A stretch of DNA of 64,000 nucleotides from a bacterium. Its GTDB lineage: Bacteria > UBP14 > UBA6098 > 4484-93. Numbering within the stretch: the first letter of the stretch is position 1; every line of letters begins with the position of its first letter. The notes below the pieces were generated by a model. It worked only from the letters and a program-made list of their open reading frames with translations, was not told the origin of the DNA and searched no databases. The position numbers were made by a program, and so were the translations under genes. The DNA lies in contig JAGGUN010000052.1 of the NCBI GenBank assembly GCA_021158465.1, positions 2,160 to 66,159 on the forward strand, given 5' to 3'. Below, in pieces: positions 33,158 to 42,322 of the stretch.

Positions 33158-34619
33158 GAACCTTTCCCTCGTCATCATCTCCTCAATCCTATTTGCAATC
33201 GCCTTTCTACCCCTTGGCACAGGATTCCTGGCATACTTTGCCATTGTGCCTCTGTTCTTCCTGCTCGAAAAAGTAACGCTAACAGACGCAATCTTTTATG
33301 GGTATCTGTTCGGGTTTCTGTCCAATATCCTCTCCCTATTCTGGATCGCCAATGCGACCTTCCTGGGTATGGTTGGCGCAGTGCTTATACTTGCTCTATA
33401 CAATATCATCTTCTTCGTTTTATATTGGCTCATACGGAAAAAATCCATCAGCTGGGCAATCGTCAGTTCACCATTTCTCTGGGTTGCTATGGAGTGGATA
33501 CGTTCCCACGGAACCCTGGGCTTCCCCTGGTTAAACCTCTCTCATACACAGGCGAACTATCCTGTTATCATACAGTTTGCCGAATTCACAGGAGAGATGG
33601 GGGTATCATTCTGGGTGATGCTCGTGAATATCGAGTTCTATCTGCTCCTGAGGTCAAAACCTAATCGGAAAAGGATCATTACCCTTGCGTCATTATTTAT
33701 ACTACTCTTCGCCGTGCCAATAGCCTGGGGAATCCACAGACTACACCAGAACCCACCAGAGGATACAGGGTTCATGGTGGCACTCCTGCAAGGGAATGTC
33801 GACCCATACATCAAATGGACGAAAAGCTTCCAAAAGGAGAATTTCAGGCTCTACTATTCGATGATACAGGAAGCAGGAGAGAAGGGAGTCGACCTTATAA
33901 TCCTCCCGGAGACAGCAACAGCAAGCTACTTGACACACACAAGATACGAGCTCAGAGAATATAGGCAACTGGTGGATTCTATCGGAATACCTGTGCTATT
34001 TGGCTCGTTAGACTTCAAGGATACAAACAGAAGAGAATACTACAACGCCGCATTCCTTATGCACCCCACCAGACGCACACTCGACAGATACTACAAGATC
34101 CAGCTTGTCCCGTTTAGTGAGAAGACACCTCTCGCTGAGACCTTCCCTTTCCTATATGATATAGACTTCGGGCAGGGAAACTTCTCGTCCGGAACAGAAA
34201 AGACAATATTTTCCGTTGATGGTTACCGTTTTGCAACCCTCATTTGCTTTGAATCGATGTTCCCGGAGCTTGTCCGTGGGTTCGTAAGAAAGAATGTGGA
34301 CTTCATCGTCAACATCACCAACGATGGCTGGTTCGGGAATACACCTGGACCGTATCAGCATCTTTTCGCCTGTCCACTGCGAGCTGTCGAGACGAGGAGA
34401 CCAATTGTCAGATGCGCAAACACAGGCATATCCGCAATTATAGACCCTATGGGCAGGATAACCTCTCACACAAAATACAATGAAAAGACCATCCTCTTTG
34501 CCAATGTGCCGCAGAAACTCAAAACTACATTTTACACACGATACGGGGACATCATAGGGAAGCTTTCCTTGTCGATAACCGGCGCATTTAGCATTATATC
34601 TCTTCTTGCCAGAGTATGA
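33141..34619 (+). CDS. lnt: Apolipoprotein N-acyltransferase
   Basis: The N-terminal polytopic region contains FPWL. The CN-hydrolase part reads LIILPETA, YYKIQLVPFSE and LICFESMFPE. Confidence 0.85.
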   Translation: MSDSSKNLSLVIISSILFAIAFLPLGTGFLAYFAIVPLFFLLEKVTLTDAIFYGYLFGFLSNILSLFWIANATFLGMVGAVLILALYNIIFFVLYWLIRKKSISWAIVSSPFLWVAMEWIRSHGTLGFPWLNLSHTQANYPVIIQFAEFTGEMGVSFWVMLVNIEFYLLLRSKPNRKRIITLASLFILLFAVPIAWGIHRLHQNPPEDTGFMVALLQGNVDPYIKWTKSFQKENFRLYYSMIQEAGEKGVDLIILPETATASYLTHTRYELREYRQLVDSIGIPVLFGSLDFKDTNRREYYNAAFLMHPTRRTLDRYYKIQLVPFSEKTPLAETFPFLYDIDFGQGNFSSGTEKTIFSVDGYRFATLICFESMFPELVRGFVRKNVDFIVNITNDGWFGNTPGPYQHLFACPLRAVETRRPIVRCANTGISAIIDPMGRITSHTKYNEKTILFANVPQKLKTTFYTRYGDIIGKLSLSITGAFSIISLLARV

Positions 34620-37543
34620 AGAAAGAGGAGAAAATCGTTAGAAAGCTGGCGAGCTTCCTGCCGGAAATGGTGGTATCCGCAATTATGAACAACCCTGACG
34701 ACTTCTATATCCTCGGTGAGAGGCGAGAGATAACGGTACTCTTCGCCGACATCACAGGATTTGTGAGCATATCCGAGGAATCCGACCCAGAAGAGATATT
34801 CATGCTCATCAATACATACTTCAAAAGGTTCGTCGAGATTGTAAAGCGGTATGATGGAACAATCGATAAGTTCCTTGGCGACGCACTGCTCGTGCTATTT
34901 GGCGCTCTTAGGGCACATCCCGATGACCCGACGCGAGCGGTCATCTGCGCACGCGAGATCCTCAAAGCGGTCGAAGAGATCAACTCCAACCCGCCAAAAC
35001 TCCATTTCAAACTGCCAAAGATATCGGTAAGCATCGGAATTGCAACAGGGAAGGTTGTGTCAGGGCTTGTCGGAGACGACACACACAGGGAATACACTGT
35101 CATCGGGGACACGGTGAACCTCGCAGCCAGGCTCGAGGCTCTTGCATCACCCGGGGAGATACTTGTAAACGAGGAGACATTCATAGCAACGAACGACAAA
35201 ATCCTCTACGAAACCTTGCCCCCGCAGAAGATCAGAGGAAAAAAGGAGAAGCAAAGGGTCTATCGGTTCATCTCAGAAAGAACGGAGAGAGAAGAGCCCA
35301 TAACCGATCTCCCGTTCGGACTTGAAGGAATAGAAACAAAGGTAGCCGAGGCAATCGAGAAAGAGGTTCCTGTTGCACTCCTCGGCGAAACAGGAACTGG
35401 GAAGAGCCTGCTCGTAAGAGGAATAAGGGATAAACTCCGGCAGAAAGGCTACTCCCCTATCCTCGTCGAGACACCATCATGGGGAAAAAATCTATACCTC
35501 TTCCTTGCGAAGAAGATCCTGCCTAAGAAAGGGATACTCTCACTTGCTGGAGGCAAAAAGAACCTGCTACCACTCCTAAATCCGCTTATTCTGACCAGCT
35601 TCCCGGGCGAGGAAAACTTTGAATCAACCCCTCCGGATGAGCGAGAAAGACTCACACTCGAGATTGTGGATGAGGTATTTAGGAGGTTTGCTCGGAAAAA
35701 CAGGTCTGCCCTCATCGTAGAGAATAGCTCCAACCTCGATAGAGCATCGATTATCCTCTTGCAAAGGATATCAAAGACCCCTTGTCCTATACTTATCACA
35801 GCGACGGAGAAAATAGCCCCCATGAAAGGATGCGCTACCTTCCACCTGCGAAATCTCAACCTCTCGAAGACAAAAAGCTTTGTAAGGCATCTTCTCTCTG
35901 TTCCGCGGGTCGGGAAGAGGCTCGCAGACTTTCTCTACAAAGAGACGCACGGGAACCCCGGACATATAAAAGAGATGCTCTCTTTCCTAACAGATAAAGG
36001 CGCACTGAGAATATCCAGCGGTAAGGCAGAACTTCTGTTTGTTCCAGATAACCTGCCTGATGGAATGGCAGGACTTGTTATCGCAAAGGTTGACCAGCTC
36101 GACCCAAGCTCTCGAGCGGTGCTGAAGTCCGCCGCAGTCGTGGGAGAACAGTTCACATACCCGGTCATACGCTTCCTCTCAAGGGAAAAGAACTGCTCCT
36201 TCTACCTCAAAAAACTCGAAAAGAACGGCTTGATAAGACGGATAAATGGAGGATTCACCTTCACAACGAACACAATAAAGGAGGCAGTGTATTCCTCGAT
36301 ACTCGAGAGCCAGAGGAGAATCGCCCACAGGATGGTGGCAGCATTTATGGAGGCAAACGAGAGTGATAAACTCGAAGCAATCGCCTTTCAATATAAATAT
36401 GGTGAGAACTACCGAAAGGCATCTTTTTTCTTCCACCTTGCAGGGAAAAAATACCTCTCCATCTCTGCAACACGCGAGGCGCTTTACTACTACAAAAACG
36501 CCTACCATGCATGGAACAAAGCAAAAGGCAAGGAAGAAGACGGAGTTGAACTTCTCCTCTCGATGAGCAAGATGCACTGGATACTGGGCGAACTGGATGA
36601 AATGCTGCATTTCGGGGAGCTTGCACTTGCCTTGGCAAAGAGAAGTGGACAGCAGGAATCCATCGCAAACGCTCTTTCTGCCATCGGGCTCGCTTACAAC
36701 GAGATGAGAAAGTTCAAGCAGGCAGCCCTGTATCATAGGAAAGCAGAAGTTATCTACCGTCAGCTCCACCAGTTCCCGAGGGTAATAGACGCCCTGAACA
36801 ACCAGGGCATCACTGCATTGGATGCTGGCAATACAACACTCGCAGAGAAAAAGTTCACCGAGGCTCTAAGGCTCGCAGAGAAAAGAAAGCTGGTGCAGGC
36901 ATCCTTAGCAAATGTCCACGCAAGCCTCGGATACCTCCTCTTTAGCCGTGGAGAGCTATCGAAGGCTCTTGAGTCCTATAAAAAGGCAGAGAAAATTGAT
37001 GAGCAGTTCGGGAATATCAGAGGACAAGCAATAAACGGAATAAACATCGCCAACATTCTGATGGAAAAGGGAGAATATTCTTCCGAGGAGAAATATCTCA
37101 CCCGTGCACTCGACATATTCACCAGGATAAGCGACATTCGCGGAATGCTGTTAGCGATGAACAACTTAGGTGAACTGAAACGCCTCACAGGGGATATAAA
37201 CTCCGCCTGGAAGCTGCACAGAAAGGCAAAGAGACTCGCTGTTGCCCATAACAACACAGAAGCCCTAACCGATGCACTGAGGAATATGGGGCTTGATAAA
37301 CTGGACACAGGGGATATTAGAAACGCAAGAAGGTATATACACAGCTCACTCAAACTTGCCAAAGAGCACAGAGACAAAAGCGGCGAGCTGGAGGCAGAGA
37401 TCGCTCGGCTATTTTATGAGGTAAAGGTTGGAAAAGGAAACAGAGACGCTCTCCTCCGTAGGATAGAACAACTCTCAGCAGAAACGGGGAACAGATTTGC
37501 CATGGAAAGGGTCAAAGCTATTCTCCAAGAAGCGCCTGCTTGA
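34616..37543 (+). CDS. Class III adenylate/guanylate cyclase domain fused to AAA/STAND ATPase and TPR repeats
   Basis: The cyclase blocks are ITVLFADITGF, KFLGDALLVLFG and VIGDTVNLAARLE. The P-loop is LLGETGTGKS. The C-terminal third is TPR-like (ALYYYKNAYHAW, ALSAIGLAYNEMRKFKQAALYHRKA and others). Confidence 0.85.
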   Translation: MKKEEKIVRKLASFLPEMVVSAIMNNPDDFYILGERREITVLFADITGFVSISEESDPEEIFMLINTYFKRFVEIVKRYDGTIDKFLGDALLVLFGALRAHPDDPTRAVICAREILKAVEEINSNPPKLHFKLPKISVSIGIATGKVVSGLVGDDTHREYTVIGDTVNLAARLEALASPGEILVNEETFIATNDKILYETLPPQKIRGKKEKQRVYRFISERTEREEPITDLPFGLEGIETKVAEAIEKEVPVALLGETGTGKSLLVRGIRDKLRQKGYSPILVETPSWGKNLYLFLAKKILPKKGILSLAGGKKNLLPLLNPLILTSFPGEENFESTPPDERERLTLEIVDEVFRRFARKNRSALIVENSSNLDRASIILLQRISKTPCPILITATEKIAPMKGCATFHLRNLNLSKTKSFVRHLLSVPRVGKRLADFLYKETHGNPGHIKEMLSFLTDKGALRISSGKAELLFVPDNLPDGMAGLVIAKVDQLDPSSRAVLKSAAVVGEQFTYPVIRFLSREKNCSFYLKKLEKNGLIRRINGGFTFTTNTIKEAVYSSILESQRRIAHRMVAAFMEANESDKLEAIAFQYKYGENYRKASFFFHLAGKKYLSISATREALYYYKNAYHAWNKAKGKEEDGVELLLSMSKMHWILGELDEMLHFGELALALAKRSGQQESIANALSAIGLAYNEMRKFKQAALYHRKAEVIYRQLHQFPRVIDALNNQGITALDAGNTTLAEKKFTEALRLAEKRKLVQASLANVHASLGYLLFSRGELSKALESYKKAEKIDEQFGNIRGQAINGINIANILMEKGEYSSEEKYLTRALDIFTRISDIRGMLLAMNNLGELKRLTGDINSAWKLHRKAKRLAVAHNNTEALTDALRNMGLDKLDTGDIRNARRYIHSSLKLAKEHRDKSGELEAEIARLFYEVKVGKGNRDALLRRIEQLSAETGNRFAMERVKAILQEAPA

Positions 37544-38174
37544 TATACATCAGTAGCGCCTCTTCACCCTGAGCACCAACGAACTCAGTCTTGTCGTTTA
37601 TCACCGTCTTCGGGACACCAGTAACCTGATACCTCCTCGAGAGCGCAGGAAATTCTGTCGCCTCAATCATATCCGCCCTGATGTTATCAGTGGCTATCGC
37701 AAATTTATGAGCAGCCCTAACGGCAGACGGACAATATGGACAGTTCGGTGTCACAAACACCTGTAAGTGAATCGGCTTACTATCCAAAACCCTCAACTCA
37801 GAGAGAACCTCCTCAGAGAGCAAAGTAGAACCCCTCCCTATATCCTCGATGTCCTCCAAAAGTGAGATAAACTCATACCCAGCCGGTATCCCAAAAAACC
37901 TCACACCAGAATCCTCACCACGCTCATCAAGCAGAACGATCGCCGGCACCCTGCCTATCCCATATTTGTCCGCTATCCTCTTGTCCCCAATAAGATTGTA
38001 AACCTCAACCTCAAGATTATCCGATAGACCAGCAACCTCCTTCAAGAGAAGCTCCTCTTGCCCACAGTAATCACAATCAAGCGCCCTCGTGAAGAACAAA
38101 ATCTTGACCTTACCAGGAACAGCATCCAGCCTCCTCTTGACCTCTTGAGCATCCTGATCATTCAAAAAGCCCAT
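37518..38174 (-). CDS. Two-unit thioredoxin-fold protein disulfide oxidoreductase (PfPDO / glutaredoxin-like type)
   Basis: It has two CxxC sites, CDYC in the N unit and CPYC in the C unit, and the block GVPKTVIN. At 218 aa its length fits the PDO family. Confidence 0.75.
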   Translation of the reverse strand: MGFLNDQDAQEVKRRLDAVPGKVKILFFTRALDCDYCGQEELLLKEVAGLSDNLEVEVYNLIGDKRIADKYGIGRVPAIVLLDERGEDSGVRFFGIPAGYEFISLLEDIEDIGRGSTLLSEEVLSELRVLDSKPIHLQVFVTPNCPYCPSAVRAAHKFAIATDNIRADMIEATEFPALSRRYQVTGVPKTVINDKTEFVGAQGEEALLMYIKQALLGE

Positions 38175-38207
38175 CCGTCCCCCCTTCTTTGTAAAAAATC
38201 GAACATT

Positions 38208-38235
38208 ATTATAAGCAAATTGGAGGAAAAGTCAA
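38208..38235 (-). promoter_or_regulatory. Candidate promoter for PDO gene (TTGACT-16-TATAAT)
   Basis: The hexamers are on the reverse strand. AAGAAGGGGGGA and ATG 38174 follow. Confidence 0.5.
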
Positions 38236-38237
38236 AT

Positions 38238-39224
38238 CTATTCAAACTTGAGTTCCCGAGTCATAAGGTCATAGACACTCTTCTCTGGTGATTTACCTTC
38301 GTATATAACCTTGTAAACCTCGCTCGATATCGGCATCTCAACACCCAAAGCGGATGTAAGCTTAACCACCGCCCGGGCTGTTTCAACCCCCTCCGCAACC
38401 TGCCCACCAAGAGAGAGGGTATCAACCGTTCTCCCCTCAGCAAACATAAGCCCCGCTCGGAAGTTCCTGCTAGTCCTGCTTGTTGCGGTCAGAACAAGGT
38501 CCCCTAACCCCGATATACCATAAACCGTCCGCAGGCTACCCCCCTTCGCCTCAACCAGTCGAGCCATCTCCGCAAGACCACGAACAATCAAGGCTGCACG
38601 GGTGTTCTCACCGAACCCAAGCCCCTCGCACATACCAGCAGCAACCGCAATAACATTCTTCAACGCACCGCAAAGCTCAACACCGGTTATATCCCTCGAT
38701 GCATATACACGAAGATGCTCATTAGAGATGGCGTCACGGATAAAGAGAATTGAATCCACCCTATTTGACGCAAGCACAAGAACAGTCGGCTTGCCCAATG
38801 CAACCTCACGAGCAAAACTCGGACCAGAAAGAGCCGATAGAGAAACATCTCCCAGAATGTCTCCCAATATCTCCGTCGGAAGAAGAAGAGTCTCTCGCTC
38901 AATTCCCTTGGCAAGACTTACAAAAAACTTCCCGCTTAAGTCGACCGAAATAGCCTCAAAGACGGATCGAATAAATTGGGTAGGTACAGCAACAAAAATT
39001 ACCCTGTTTCTCGAAATAATTTCGTTTATATTAGAGAAGAATTTTACACTCTCCGATAGAATAACCCCCGGAAGAAAAAGGCTGTTTCTGCGGTTGTTTC
39101 TGAGATCTTTAAGAAGTTCCTTCTCCCTTACCCAGAGGTCAACCGCTATGCCACATCTCGCAAGATGACAGGAAAACGCGGTTCCCCAGCTTCCAGCGCC
39201 TATAACTGCCACCTTATCGAGCAT
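38238..39224 (-). CDS. gpsA: NAD(P)H-dependent glycerol-3-phosphate dehydrogenase
   Basis: The protein reads KVAVIGAGSWGTAF, GPSFAREV, ALKNVIA and ...GRNFRAG. Confidence 0.9.
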   Translation of the reverse strand: MLDKVAVIGAGSWGTAFSCHLARCGIAVDLWVREKELLKDLRNNRRNSLFLPGVILSESVKFFSNINEIISRNRVIFVAVPTQFIRSVFEAISVDLSGKFFVSLAKGIERETLLLPTEILGDILGDVSLSALSGPSFAREVALGKPTVLVLASNRVDSILFIRDAISNEHLRVYASRDITGVELCGALKNVIAVAAGMCEGLGFGENTRAALIVRGLAEMARLVEAKGGSLRTVYGISGLGDLVLTATSRTSRNFRAGLMFAEGRTVDTLSLGGQVAEGVETARAVVKLTSALGVEMPISSEVYKVIYEGKSPEKSVYDLMTRELKFE

Positions 39225-41193
39225 CCATCCTCTCCTTGAAAAATCGATAATTCTTCTTTATCACAGGGTTCTCCGGATCGAGGGAGACAGCACGCTCATA
39301 CTCTGCTCTGGCAAGCCTATACTTCCCCTCGAAAAAATATATCCCAGCAATGTTATTGTGGAGAATAGGATTATCCGGGAAGAGAGAAATACCAACCAAC
39401 AGCAAGCTTTCCGCCTTTGCATAATCCCCTGCCTTCTGATATAAAATGGCGGCGTTTGAAAAAAAGGCAACAGAATCCGGGAACCTCTCCGCAAGCGATT
39501 CGTAAAGTCTGGCTGCCGCCAGAAAATCCCCGTTCTCCTCATAAAGCTCTGCCATACCGCGAATATCACCCTCATCTCTGAGAGAAAACATTCTCAGCTT
39601 ATCATCGAGGCTTGTGTCAAACGGGAGATAGAGCTTTGCCTTCTTGTAGCAATCGTAGGCGGATGCTGTGTCACCGCTCTGGATAAACAAAGCGCCCAGA
39701 TTCTCCCAGGCTTGCCCATATGTGGAATCACACTCGAGGGCACGCTCAAAGAACCCCCTGGCGGAGGCTATATCCCCCATAACAAGATGAACCGCTCCAA
39801 GATTCGTCAGCGCTTCAACAAGATCCCCCCTTATCTTGAGTGCAGACCTGAACCGCTCCTCAGCCAATTTATACTCCCCACGATAAAAGTGAAGAACCCC
39901 CCAGTTGTCATAACCAGAGGCAAGGTCACGCTCAAAATAAGAGGAAAAAGTGAACCAGGAAACAGAGACAACAAACACAATAGCAAGGATGAGCGGAAAG
40001 ACCTTCCGTAATCGAGGAGAGAACTCATCGAGGGAACAGGCAGCAAGAACTATCATCGCTCCTGATACCCCCACACGAAAGCGCCCAACAACAAAGAAAG
40101 GAAGAAGCGAGATAAAATATGTAATAACAAAACCTGGAATAAGCCAACTCCTTCTTCTGACAAATAGATAAATCCCATATATTACAAGCGGGGATATCCA
40201 GAAGAAAAACGGGTTATACAAAAGCATAGGAAACATCTTCCCTGCAAGGTAGAAATTCTCCACCCGTGGAACCTCATAAACAGACCAGAAGAAAGCAAGC
40301 TTCCTCAAAAGAAGGGAGAAAAATTTTCCCGGAGCATCAATGATAAACTGCAACGCCTTCTTTGCCCAGAAGGAAGATGCCTCAGAGTATGTGAGCTTAC
40401 GACCTAAAATATATTCTGCTGCCTTTTTCCCAACGAGGTCATCACCGAGAGAAAGACCTGGTGGCTGACTATACCTGCCTGTTGCATTAGGATTGTTGCC
40501 GACAAACAGATTTATACCAACATTCGATGTTAAAAGCAGTTTCTCACCGTTCGCAATATTCCCAATAACCACGGGAGATATAACAACTGATACAGGAACG
40601 GCAAAAACGATAGCATACCTACGAAACTTATCCGTTGTGAGAAGATACAGGAAGACAGCAGCCACGAAAAGGACCACATTCCCGCGGAGGAGAAGCGACA
40701 ATCCAGCAGAGAGACCGGCGAAAAGAAAGCACCAGCAAGAATCCTTCCTGAACCCAACGAAAAGAAAAAACAGCGTAGCGAGGTTTGTCAGATTGAATAA
40801 AGCATCGGGCAAGAGAAGGGAAGAGTAAAACAGAGATGGGGCATAAAGCGAGGCAAATATCCCGGCAAGATACGGAATCCATAACCTTCTTGTCAGCTTG
40901 TCCACCATAAGAAAAACAAGCACAGGAACAAGGGATGTAAGAAGTATCTGAAAGAGTAAAACGGACCAGTCGCCGAAAAACCCGGATGTACCAGCAATGA
41001 AAAATGAGTAAAGCGGACTCACTGGAAACACAGGATGAGAACCGGATAATATACTTCTGGAGAGCAACCGATACAAGCTCGAGTCGGAAAGGAAGTTGGC
41101 ATAGAACCCCTTAAGGTGAACAACACAGAAGAACCTCACAGCGAACGAGGATATGTAAAGAAAAAGGATAAAACCAAGTTTTCTCCTGCTCAC
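39214..41193 (-). CDS. ArnT/PMT-like (GT39/GT83-type) membrane glycosyltransferase fused to C-terminal TPR repeats
   Basis: The polytopic N-half has a layout typical of PMT_2/ArnT. The C-half is TPR-like (YDNWGVLHFYRGEYKLAEERFRSALKI, ALTNLGAVHLVMGDIASA...). The track ORF (to 41724) runs antisense through hldA. I trimmed it to the only in-frame start before the first TM helix, GTG 41193 (MSRRKLGFILFLY). Confidence 0.65.
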   Translation of the reverse strand: MSRRKLGFILFLYISSFAVRFFCVVHLKGFYANFLSDSSLYRLLSRSILSGSHPVFPVSPLYSFFIAGTSGFFGDWSVLLFQILLTSLVPVLVFLMVDKLTRRLWIPYLAGIFASLYAPSLFYSSLLLPDALFNLTNLATLFFLFVGFRKDSCWCFLFAGLSAGLSLLLRGNVVLFVAAVFLYLLTTDKFRRYAIVFAVPVSVVISPVVIGNIANGEKLLLTSNVGINLFVGNNPNATGRYSQPPGLSLGDDLVGKKAAEYILGRKLTYSEASSFWAKKALQFIIDAPGKFFSLLLRKLAFFWSVYEVPRVENFYLAGKMFPMLLYNPFFFWISPLVIYGIYLFVRRRSWLIPGFVITYFISLLPFFVVGRFRVGVSGAMIVLAACSLDEFSPRLRKVFPLILAIVFVVSVSWFTFSSYFERDLASGYDNWGVLHFYRGEYKLAEERFRSALKIRGDLVEALTNLGAVHLVMGDIASARGFFERALECDSTYGQAWENLGALFIQSGDTASAYDCYKKAKLYLPFDTSLDDKLRMFSLRDEGDIRGMAELYEENGDFLAAARLYESLAERFPDSVAFFSNAAILYQKAGDYAKAESLLLVGISLFPDNPILHNNIAGIYFFEGKYRLARAEYERAVSLDPENPVIKKNYRFFKERMDAR

Positions 41194-41199
41194 CTTGGA

Positions 41200-41228
41200 A
41201 AAATATCCAGAGGGTATGCAAAAGTCAA
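41200..41228 (-). promoter_or_regulatory. Candidate promoter for ArnT/PMT-TPR gene (TTGACT-17-TATTTT), 6 nt from GTG
   Basis: The reverse strand reads TTGACT-tttgcataccctctgga-TATTTT-tccaag-GTG. Confidence 0.25.
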
Positions 41229-41256
41229 GGCAATTTCTACCATCTATTTTAATTAG

Positions 41257-41284
41257 TTGACAAAGTTCGTTCTTTTTATAATTT
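41257..41284 (+). promoter_or_regulatory. Candidate promoter for hldA operon (TTGACA-16-TAATTT)
   Basis: TTGACA is at 41257-41262. The adjacent perfect TATAAT (41277-41282) has only a 14-nt spacer, so the overlapping TAATTT at a 16-nt spacing is preferred. Confidence 0.3.
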
Positions 41285-41314
41285 GATAAAGGTTTCCCTC
41301 GAGAAAGGAGAACG

Positions 41315-42322
41315 ATGAAGGTTGAATTAGGGAGGATAAAGGATATCCTTGGCAGGTTTGATGGCAGGCATATTGCTATCCTCGGCGATGTGATGCTCGA
41401 CAGATATATCTGGGGAGATGTCAACAGAATCTCCCCGGAGGCACCTGTCCCTGTGGTGGAGGTTCGTCGAGAGGAGATAACCCTTGGAGGAGCCGCAAAT
41501 GTAGCCCACAACATAAAGGAACTGGGAGGTATCCCGTATCTCATCGGCGTCGTAGGGGACGACAATAGCGGTGAGAGCATAAAAGGGCTGCTCGCACAGC
41601 AAGAAATAGACCCGAGGTTCATCATCCTCGATGCATCGAGACCTACCACCACGAAGACTCGTGTCATAGGGCAGAACCAGCAGGTTGTCAGGATAGACAG
41701 GGAAACAACGGAGAACATAAGCAAGAAGATAGCTCAAATGCTCCTCTCCCATCTACGAGTGGTTATAAATGAAGGGGCAGAAGCGGTCATTATCTCCGAC
41801 TATGGGAAGGGAACAATTACCAGAGAGCTGCTCTCTCAGACCCTCAAGCTGGCTCGGGAAACGGAAATATTGACTGCCGTCGACCCGAAGGAAGACCATT
41901 TCCCTCTATACCGAGGGATAACTCTCATAACCCCTAACAAGCATGAGGCAGAGAAGGCTGTCGGGTTCGAGATAACGGACGAGAGCAGCTTAGAAGCAGC
42001 TGGGAAGAAACTGCTCGATATGCTATCACCAGAGATCGTGCTTATCACGCTTGGAGAGAATGGAATGGCAATATTTGAACCGAACAGATGTATGAAAAAG
42101 GTTCCAACATTCGCCAAAGAGGTCTATGATGTCACTGGAGCAGGTGATACCGTTGTTTCAGCATACACGCTCGCCATCGCATCGGGAGCGACCGCATACG
42201 AGGCTGCAATCATCGCAAACCACGCAGCAGGCATCGTAGTCGCAGAGGTCGGAACGGCTACAGTAACTGTCCCACAACTCATCAACTATATGGAGAAGTA
42301 TGGGCACTATATTGAGCATTGA
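41315..42322 (+). CDS. hldA: D-glycero-beta-D-manno-heptose-7-phosphate kinase (RfaE domain I, PfkB family)
   Basis: The protein reads ILGDVMLDRYIWGDVNRISPEAPVPVV, GGAANVA and DVTGAGDTV. Confidence 0.85.
   Translation: MKVELGRIKDILGRFDGRHIAILGDVMLDRYIWGDVNRISPEAPVPVVEVRREEITLGGAANVAHNIKELGGIPYLIGVVGDDNSGESIKGLLAQQEIDPRFIILDASRPTTTKTRVIGQNQQVVRIDRETTENISKKIAQMLLSHLRVVINEGAEAVIISDYGKGTITRELLSQTLKLARETEILTAVDPKEDHFPLYRGITLITPNKHEAEKAVGFEITDESSLEAAGKKLLDMLSPEIVLITLGENGMAIFEPNRCMKKVPTFAKEVYDVTGAGDTVVSAYTLAIASGATAYEAAIIANHAAGIVVAEVGTATVTVPQLINYMEKYGHYIEH

Noticed and set aside
41257-41282. Perfect TTGACA and TATAAT hexamers upstream of hldA
   Set aside because: Their spacer is only 14 nt, which is too short for sigma70-type recognition. 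I kept the overlapping TAATTT at a 16-nt spacing as a low-confidence alternative.
39214-41724. The 836-aa ORF as given in the track
   Set aside because: Residues 1-177 are an open frame antisense to the well-supported hldA gene (41315-42322). They are low-complexity (S/P/T/I-rich) with no start context. The membrane protein begins at the first TM helix after GTG 41193.
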